Of a DNA stretch of 64,000 nt, positions 58,084 through 64,000 are shown piece after piece (position 1 is the first letter of the stretch; each line of letters starts with the position of its first letter). This DNA comes from Candidatus Kerfeldbacteria bacterium (GTDB lineage Bacteria > Patescibacteriota > Patescibacteriia > SBBC01 > CAIJZX01), in contig CAVSWO010000002.1 in assembly GCA_963731735.1 (NCBI GenBank), positions 756,257 through 820,256 of the forward strand. Reading direction: 5' to 3'. The notes beneath the pieces are model-generated. The model was not told where the DNA came from. It saw nothing but the letters and a program-made list of their open reading frames with translations, and did no database searches. Both the position numbers and the translations under genes were made by a program.

Positions 58084-58235
58084 AGAACACCTCCAAGTTC
58101 AGAGAAAATAGCGGAACAGTTTCGGGTCGACGCTAACAGAAATTACGGGAAATGTCAATCAAACGCAAATTGACCCGCGGGTTTGAATCTTAGTTCTTGG
58201 GCAGGCTGTTGAGTTTGTTGTATACTCTAGAAGTT

Positions 58236-59111
58236 ATGTTTGATGCACCCACAAATCTCCCATCCTCACAAAACTTGAACCCCGGATCGCGCCGGCCGAA
58301 GCCTGTGGTAGTTATTGCGGCCATCGTCGGGGTGTTGATTGCGGCCGGGGCCATCTATTACGGCCTGGTGTATTTTCGCGCCAAATCCATTTTGACGGAT
58401 AACACGGCGCTAAACCAAGCGATTACAAATATCGAGGTAGCCGCTGATCAGATCGATCTTCAGGCCGTTGATCAAGGGAATGACCAGGCGGTCAAACAGC
58501 TTGCCGAAGTATACTCGACTGATAGCGAAACGGTGCGAACGGCCGTTCAATTTACCCACATCGCGTATCTTTATGCAGTACTGAATGACTACTCCGGACT
58601 TTACGGCGCCTATCCGACAACGCTTGATGCACTGGTGGCGAGCTGGCAGGATATCGTTGACGCCTGTCGGATCCAGCCCGGTTGTCACATTAAGAACATC
58701 ACCAAGCAAACCGCCACGGATTTCGTCTATGACGTCTTTACCCAAGCGCCGTATGTCTATGAACTCCAGGCACCGAGCTATACGCTTACATACCGCATGG
58801 GCCATTGCAAAGACCAGCAACTTTGCGATGACGGTCAGGGCTATTACCGCAATGGCATCAATACCATGTCCGCCGAAGACATTTCACTTGAGCAAAAACA
58901 CGCGAGTGACGCAGCCGGAGGTGCCAACACGAGTACCCTGATTCCACTCGACCGTGATACCGACGGTGATGGACTGACCGATGTTGAAGAACTGTACGTC
59001 TATAAAACAGATAGTACGAAAACCGATACCGACGGTGATGGTTTTACCGACGGCCAAGAGGTGTCGAATGGTTACGACCCGAACGGACCGGGTCAACTCC
59101 CGAATAGGTAG
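58236..59111 (+). CDS. membrane-anchored protein with C-terminal TSP3-like Ca-binding Asp repeats
   Basis: TM helix VVVIAAIVGVLIAAGAIYYGLVYF; DTDGDGLTDVEE and DTDGDGFTDGQE repeats. Confidence 0.55.
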   Translation: MFDAPTNLPSSQNLNPGSRRPKPVVVIAAIVGVLIAAGAIYYGLVYFRAKSILTDNTALNQAITNIEVAADQIDLQAVDQGNDQAVKQLAEVYSTDSETVRTAVQFTHIAYLYAVLNDYSGLYGAYPTTLDALVASWQDIVDACRIQPGCHIKNITKQTATDFVYDVFTQAPYVYELQAPSYTLTYRMGHCKDQQLCDDGQGYYRNGINTMSAEDISLEQKHASDAAGGANTSTLIPLDRDTDGDGLTDVEELYVYKTDSTKTDTDGDGFTDGQEVSNGYDPNGPGQLPNR

Positions 59112-59179
59112 CGTTTTCCCTCAAAGGGGAGTAGGGGGTACTTGCCATCACCCACCCCGTGGTGTAGAATCCTACTAGA

Positions 59180-59389
59180 ACAACTGAATACGTTATCAAG
59201 AGTGCAGCGAGGGAACGAGCCCGATGCCTGTCCGCCGAAGAATCGGCGCAGGCGGAACCTGCCAGCAACCCTTGTTACGGACCTGATCCGGAAACCAAGA
59301 AGGTGCTAATTCTCGCCCCAAATCGGGGAAAGATACTTCGCGCAACCTCTTTCCTTGACTGGGAAGAGTTCTTTCACATGGAGGAAGCA
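59180..59389 (+). promoter_or_regulatory. conserved structured 5' leader, copy 1 (candidate riboswitch / cis-regulatory RNA)
   Basis: The -10 TAGAAT is at 59167-72. A ~95-nt block matches copy 2 at 95/97 nt. It is followed by GGAAAGA, CTCTTTCC and GGAAGAG alternative pairings, TTCTTTC, and the RBS. Confidence 0.5.
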
Positions 59390-59797
59390 ATGACGAACCG
59401 AGAAAAGTTGCAAGACATGACAGTCGTGTGTTTTCCGAAGAAGCTGGTGGTGGACGGTCGGCCGGAGCTGTCGGTCTTTCCGCTCCAGGTCGCTTTTATG
59501 GCGGTAGCGGAACGCGACGGCCAGGTGACGGCCCGGGCGTCGTCGTACGTCCCGGAACTGGCCACCTACGCGCTCGACGGATCGAAGCGCAGCCTGTACT
59601 ACGACAACGTCCTCGGCGGGGATTCTGCGCTGCGGATTACCTTTGAAACGATCGGGGGGACGTATGTCGGCGAAAAAGTATTGGCTGGGCACTGCGTCGC
59701 TCAGGCAACCGGCCGAGACTGGAACGAGTTCTTCGTTCAGCTCTCCGGGGTCGGCGTTGTCGATGGCGAGCGGTGTGAATTGCACCGCTTCGGTTAG
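59390..59797 (+). CDS. hypothetical small protein (paralog A)
   Basis: GGAGGA RBS; MTNREKLQDMTVVCFPKKL...; ~55% identical to the 62375 gene. Confidence 0.55.
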   Translation: MTNREKLQDMTVVCFPKKLVVDGRPELSVFPLQVAFMAVAERDGQVTARASSYVPELATYALDGSKRSLYYDNVLGGDSALRITFETIGGTYVGEKVLAGHCVAQATGRDWNEFFVQLSGVGVVDGERCELHRFG

Positions 59798-59882
59798 CCC
59801 CCACCTCAACCCGGCCGTCCCGATGTGTAGCTATCGGGACGGCCTCTTTTCTTTTCCCCGAAAACTATCGTACACTCTCTCT

Positions 59883-60551
59883 ATGTGTGGCGCATTCTCC
59901 ATTCGCATCAACCCCTCGATGGCCGATTTCCTCCAGGATGTCCAAGCCATCAAACCCTGGGAACCGATCTATAACGCTCGACCCGGCGAATGGTTGCCGA
60001 TGGTGACCGAAACCAAACCACACAAACTCACCTCCGCCTACTGGGGTTTTGTACCGCACTGGATGGATCCGAAACAGGGGAGTCCGGTCATCAACGCCCG
60101 GGGTGAAACGGTCATGACCAAACCGTATTTTCGGAAAGCCTTTGCCGGACAGCGCTGTATTATTCCGGCCGACGGATTTTACGAATGGGAAAAAAATGGC
60201 CGTCTGCGCTTACCACACTATTTCCGCCGACGCGATGACCAGCCCTTCGCCTTTGCCGGACTCTACGACGCCCTCCCAAAGACTCCGACGAAATTTGGCT
60301 TCGCGATTATTACGACCACGCCGAACACAATGGTCGGAAAAATTCACGACCGGATGCCGGCGATGTTACCGGATGAGGCGGTGGCTGCCTGGCTCAATCC
60401 CGATACCGCGCCCGAGCATGCCGCCGAGCTGATCCAACCGTACCCTGACCGGGCGATGGTGTCGTATCCGGTCTCCCGGGCGGTTAACTCCGCGAAGCAT
60501 AAAGGCGCTGACGTGATTGAACCGTTTCAGGAGACGGGAAAGTTGGTATAA
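59883..60551 (+). CDS. SOS-response-associated peptidase (SRAP/YedK) abasic-site processing protein
   Basis: The N-terminal MCGAFS catalytic Cys2 and the family length (~220 aa) fit. Confidence 0.8.
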   Translation: MCGAFSIRINPSMADFLQDVQAIKPWEPIYNARPGEWLPMVTETKPHKLTSAYWGFVPHWMDPKQGSPVINARGETVMTKPYFRKAFAGQRCIIPADGFYEWEKNGRLRLPHYFRRRDDQPFAFAGLYDALPKTPTKFGFAIITTTPNTMVGKIHDRMPAMLPDEAVAAWLNPDTAPEHAAELIQPYPDRAMVSYPVSRAVNSAKHKGADVIEPFQETGKLV

Positions 60552-60739
60552 TTGTTTAATAGAATTGCTGTCCCGCCATACAGGTAACCTGGGATTACAG
60601 TGGCACAGGCAGTGTTGGTGATTCACATCCAGCCGGCCGTTTCTCCCTCTCGACACTCTCGAGACGAGACGGCCGGTTTTCTTATTATAAAAAAGCCCAT
60701 CGTATACAACCGATGGGCAGATGGTGCGATCCGAGGCGA

Positions 60740-61843
60740 CTACGCTTCGGCGGCCTCGGACAGGTCTCCCGAATCGTTGTCACTCTCGTCGAAGTTCACG
60801 AGGGCGCCCAATCGCGGCGTCAGGCGCCGCGTACGCTTCCCACTGTTGATGTGGTCGCGCATCAAGATGTACAGCATCTCGTGAGCCTTGCCCGCGGAGG
60901 AGGCCAGCCGCACGATCTCCGGATCGTTGATCTTGAACAGGCCGATCTTCCGACGCAGGCTGGCGTCGACGAACAGTCGCCGATCATCGTCCTTGGTCCA
61001 GAAGTCGAGATGGTCACAGAGCAGCTTGGCCATCACGAACAGGAAGGTGCCCCGCATGTAGATGGCCGACTCCCTGAACTGGATTCGACGGATGCCCCAA
61101 CACTCGTCGAGCAGGTCGAAGAACGTCCGGATGTTCTCTCGGAAGATATTGACGCCGAAAACGTTGATCGCCCGGTCGAGCGACGGCACGAGTTCCTGCG
61201 TCCGGCTGCTCCGGCCACCGGGAGCCCGGTGAGACATCAGGCGTCCGGCCACCTTGGTCAGCATGGTGGCGGTGATGAACTCACCGCGCGTCATGCGCTG
61301 GTTCCAGCACACCCGGCCTTTCAGGACGAATCTCTCATCCCGCGTAGACAGGGAGTACAGCGCCTGGATCGCCGGACTGTTCTCCCGCATGTTGCGCAGA
61401 ATGACATTCGACGACACCTTCAAGCGGCTGGTGTTGGTGGCCAGGAAACGCTCGCGTTCCCAGGCCTTGGTGGTCCCGAAGTGGATCATCGCGCCGAGGC
61501 GCAACGGCTTGTCCGGGTTGGACCGCAGGAAGTGGATGGCCGCGTTGACACGCTGCTGGCCGTCGACGATGTACACGGGATCCTTGAGGATGAAGACGCC
61601 CTCTCGCTCGGTCACGGAGTGGCCGCGCATCCCCAACTCGACGTCCGGGAAAACGACCTCGTCGGCCAGTGCTTCGAGCATCGAACTGAGGCTCGTGACC
61701 GGCAGCGCTTCGCGCTGGTACTCGTCGACCATCAGGTCTTGGAGGGACCGTGGATCGATGGATCCGCGGACGATGATGTCGCCCTTGAAGTCGTCGAGGC
61801 CGCCGTTCAGAATCCGGATGGGCTTCTGCGTCTGCTTGGTCAT
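60740..61843 (-). CDS. DndB-like / DUF262 (ParB-like nuclease domain) protein
   Basis: DGQQR signature (YIVDGQQRVNAAIHFL). The 367-aa length fits the DndB/DpdB family and there is no DUF1524 half. Confidence 0.65.
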   Translation of the reverse strand: MTKQTQKPIRILNGGLDDFKGDIIVRGSIDPRSLQDLMVDEYQREALPVTSLSSMLEALADEVVFPDVELGMRGHSVTEREGVFILKDPVYIVDGQQRVNAAIHFLRSNPDKPLRLGAMIHFGTTKAWERERFLATNTSRLKVSSNVILRNMRENSPAIQALYSLSTRDERFVLKGRVCWNQRMTRGEFITATMLTKVAGRLMSHRAPGGRSSRTQELVPSLDRAINVFGVNIFRENIRTFFDLLDECWGIRRIQFRESAIYMRGTFLFVMAKLLCDHLDFWTKDDDRRLFVDASLRRKIGLFKINDPEIVRLASSAGKAHEMLYILMRDHINSGKRTRRLTPRLGALVNFDESDNDSGDLSEAAEA

Positions 61844-62181
61844 GTCTGCTCCTTAGGGTGGGCAGATGTCAGAGAACGTCCCGAAGCAGTACCCAAAGTA
61901 GGGCCTTATGTTCGGGGCTTGCCTGGATGGCAATGCTCGCTGTTCTTACCTGATACTCGGCATTTTGTCAAGCCGTATATATCGGCTTGCTAATCTTACC
62001 TCGTCATCACGGTGATCCGGAGCGAAATTTATTTGCCCATTTTCTTAACATCAGAAATTTCGATATAAGATCATTGATGTCCGTTTTTCGGACATCGGTG
62101 GTTTTCCGGATTGCTTGAAAAAAAGTCAAAGCTTAGCAGCGCCTTGCGCGTCCTTAGCCGGTGCGCTACAATCCGAAGTGG

Positions 62182-62374
62182 ACAACTGAATACGTTATCA
62201 AGAGTGCAGCGAGGGAACGAGCCCGATGCCTGTCCGCCGAAGAATCGGCGCAGGCGGAACCTGCCGGCAACCTGCCAAATTGGTAAGGTGCTCCATCTCG
62301 CCCCATTCCGGGGAAAGATACTGCACGCATCTCTTTCCTTGAGTGGGAAGAGTTCTTTCACATGGGAGGAAAAC
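62182..62374 (+). promoter_or_regulatory. conserved structured 5' leader, copy 2
   Basis: The -10 TACAAT is at 62168-73. Same leader block and alternative hairpins as copy 1. Confidence 0.5.
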
Positions 62375-62782
62375 ATGTCACACCACGACCAGCGTCCCGA
62401 CGTCAACGTTGTCTGCTTTCCGAAGAAGCTGCAGATCCCGGACCGGCCGGAACTGTCGGTCTTCCCGCTGCAGGTCGCCTTCATGGCCGTGGCGGAACGC
62501 GATGGCCAGCTAGGGGCGATCTGCTCGTCCTACGTCCCGGTCCTGCCGACCTACGCGGTCGCTGGCTCGCAGCGCTACCTTCGCTACGAGAACATCCTGG
62601 GCGCCTCGTCGCTCCTGCATCTCACCTTTGACGATGTGGGTGTCCGGTACGTCGGCGAGAAAGTCGTTGACGGACGCTCGATCGGCCGGGCTTACGGGCG
62701 CGACTGGGAGAGGTTCTTCACCCATCTCGCCGCCCTCGGCATTGCCGAAGATGAGCGGCATGAATTTCGTGGGATAGGGTAG
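62375..62782 (+). CDS. hypothetical small protein (paralog A')
   Basis: GGGAGGA RBS; MSHHDQRPDVNVVCFPKKL... Confidence 0.55.
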   Translation: MSHHDQRPDVNVVCFPKKLQIPDRPELSVFPLQVAFMAVAERDGQLGAICSSYVPVLPTYAVAGSQRYLRYENILGASSLLHLTFDDVGVRYVGEKVVDGRSIGRAYGRDWERFFTHLAALGIAEDERHEFRGIG

Positions 62783-62791
62783 AGTTCATAT

Positions 62792-62826
62792 CCTTCCCGC
62801 CCCCACACCAAGATTTGGTGTGGGGG
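62792..62826 (+). repeat. two-hairpin repeat element, partial copy 3
   Basis: CCTTCCCGCCCCCACACCAAGATTTGGTGTGGGGG followed by a T-run. Confidence 0.65.
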
Positions 62827-62892
62827 CTTGACTTTTTTCCAAATTCATGTATACTGCCCGGTTCCAAAACCCAAAACACGGAGGTTCCTTCC

Positions 62893-63267
62893 ATGAACGT
62901 TACCCTCGAGCCGAAAACGACGCTCGGGTTCCCGACGCAGTTCACGACGCGATCCGAAGTCAAGTTTTCACCCGGCCTGTCCTTCACAGACCATCAGACC
63001 GAAACTAAGCGGACGGAGTGCCATGAAGTGCTTAAGGACATGCTCCAACAGATCACCGGATTGCCGGTCGCCGGGCGGCTGACCTTCACAGTGACGAAGA
63101 AACACATCCAATCATCAGGGCGTCTGTCCGTCTACTTCGGTCAGCAGCAACGTTGCTCGGATCGCATCCGGCAGATGATGCAAGCGCTTGACGACTATCG
63201 GCGACGATTCCCTGATCGGGTTACGTCAACCGTTTTCGAGGTTCAGGTCAGAATCGAGTTTGCCTGA
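62893..63267 (+). CDS. hypothetical protein
   Basis: GGAGG 8 nt upstream of ATG; 124 aa. Confidence 0.45.
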   Translation: MNVTLEPKTTLGFPTQFTTRSEVKFSPGLSFTDHQTETKRTECHEVLKDMLQQITGLPVAGRLTFTVTKKHIQSSGRLSVYFGQQQRCSDRIRQMMQALDDYRRRFPDRVTSTVFEVQVRIEFA

Positions 63268-63382
63268 GCCAACTCCCGATACGAATGGTTACGGCCCCCA
63301 TAACTTAATTAGTGAGGGGGCCTCTTTTTTACTCCACCCCGAAACCCCCGAACGTGATCCGGGGCGGAATCCATAAAAACTA

Positions 63383-63462
63383 CCCTGCCTACCGGTAGGC
63401 AGGGCTCAGCCTCGCACGGACAACAACCGTGCCTATCGGTAGAGAAGGATACCGATAGGCAC
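63383..63462 (+). promoter_or_regulatory. two related perfect hairpins upstream of the B12-radical SAM gene
   Basis: CCCTGCCTAccggTAGGCAGGG and GTGCCTATCGGTAgagaaggaTACCGATAGGCAC. Confidence 0.4.
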
Positions 63463-63757
63463 TAGGCTGAAGATGGCAAACCACAGTATGTTGGATACTT
63501 CAGCCAAAGCACGGTCGAACCGCCCTAACGAGATCGTCGCCCAACCGAAAGTAGTGGTCAGTTTTTTGCAAATTTTAAAATATGGTGGACAAGGATAGCG
63601 TGGATTGGCCGATTGACAAATCGTGTCAATTTACGTAGTTTGGGTGCACTCGACTGCTCGTTGACAACTGAATATCTTGGCATTTTCCGAGCTACGGAAG
63701 GTGTCAATTAACTCTTCTGTAAGTATTCGTCTATACTCCCACGGAAAGGATGGAGAC

Positions 63758-64000
63758 ATGAAGATCGTGCTAATCATGCCCCATGGGCAGGCGCATCGAA
63801 AGGGCGGTATTTTTGGTAAAGCCCTGCGATACGCTCCGCTCACACTCACGACGCTGGCTGCAGAAATTCCGGCCGAGCTGAACGCCGAGATTCAATTGAT
63901 CGATGAAGGGGTCGAAGACCTGATGATCGACAAAATTGAGGCTGATCTGGTCGGAATTACGTGCATCACCGGGACGTCGTATCGAGCGTATGAAATCGCC
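63758..64000 (+). CDS. cobalamin-binding-domain radical SAM protein, N-terminal part (runs off the window)
   Basis: GGAG RBS. MKIVLIMPHG...LAAEIPAELNAEIQLIDEG...ADLVGITCITG reads as a B12-binding Rossmann domain typical of class B radical SAM enzymes. Confidence 0.5.
   Translation, partial: MKIVLIMPHGQAHRKGGIFGKALRYAPLTLTTLAAEIPAELNAEIQLIDEGVEDLMIDKIEADLVGITCITGTSYRAYEIA

Noticed and set aside
59195-59215. mini-ykkC (guanidine-II) resemblance of GGGAACGAGCCC in the conserved leader
   Set aside because: Only one such hairpin is present and its loop is 6 nt, not an ACGR tetraloop. The downstream gene is not a transporter. No named riboswitch class was therefore assigned.
60713-61993. 426-codon ORF on the + strand
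   Set aside because: It is antisense to the DGQQR (DndB-like) gene. Its product is Arg/Gly/Pro-rich low complexity.
1-64000. CRISPR arrays
   Set aside because: No regularly spaced direct repeats of 24-48 bp were seen. Every repeat family found is intergenic REP/hairpin-like with irregular spacing.

Overview
This 64-kb chromosomal window has a ~58% GC backbone interrupted by two AT-rich islands (about 1700-4930 and 20600-25250). It uses the standard genetic code, and no rRNA, tRNA or CRISPR array was found.

The backbone is densely coding, mostly on the + strand. Housekeeping genes are typA/bipA, dinB, ssb, tag, recJ and rnhA. A long operon carries pgk-eno-gpmI-gpmI followed by a PduL-type phosphotransacylase, acetate kinase and a 2-oxoacid:ferredoxin oxidoreductase alpha/beta pair. 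Other backbone genes are a NUDIX hydrolase, a HAD hydrolase, a SAM methyltransferase, a thioredoxin-CcdA fusion, a TMEM175-like channel, a BNR propeller protein and a fatty-acid-hydroxylase family protein.

The accessory content falls into four groups:
- Small GIY-YIG (COG2827-type) genes come with REP-like repeat units and a duplicated dinB start.
- A higBA pair, a DndB-like DUF262 protein and an SRAP/YedK protein form a defence-like stretch.
- Two paralogous small-protein genes carry a nearly identical, riboswitch-like 5' leader.
- A same-strand gene array in AT island 1 has each gene followed by a hairpin repeat sharing a CGCAAACGTT core, which reads like an integron cassette array.

The most striking locus is 26.8-31.4 kb. 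An uncalled 49-codon ORF with a strong RBS, an attenuator-like hairpin and a Trp/Asp/His-rich C-terminus lies immediately upstream of a radical SAM/SPASM enzyme. Three paralogous HExxH..NEG metallopeptidase-like genes and a truncated second SPASM protein follow. Together these look like an undescribed RiPP-type maturation system.

Several genes look decayed: a 7TM sensor histidine kinase with four clustered frameshifts, an APH-like kinase, a second tag copy and one GIY-YIG gene.

All calls rest on reading motifs and ORF structure by eye. No database search was possible.
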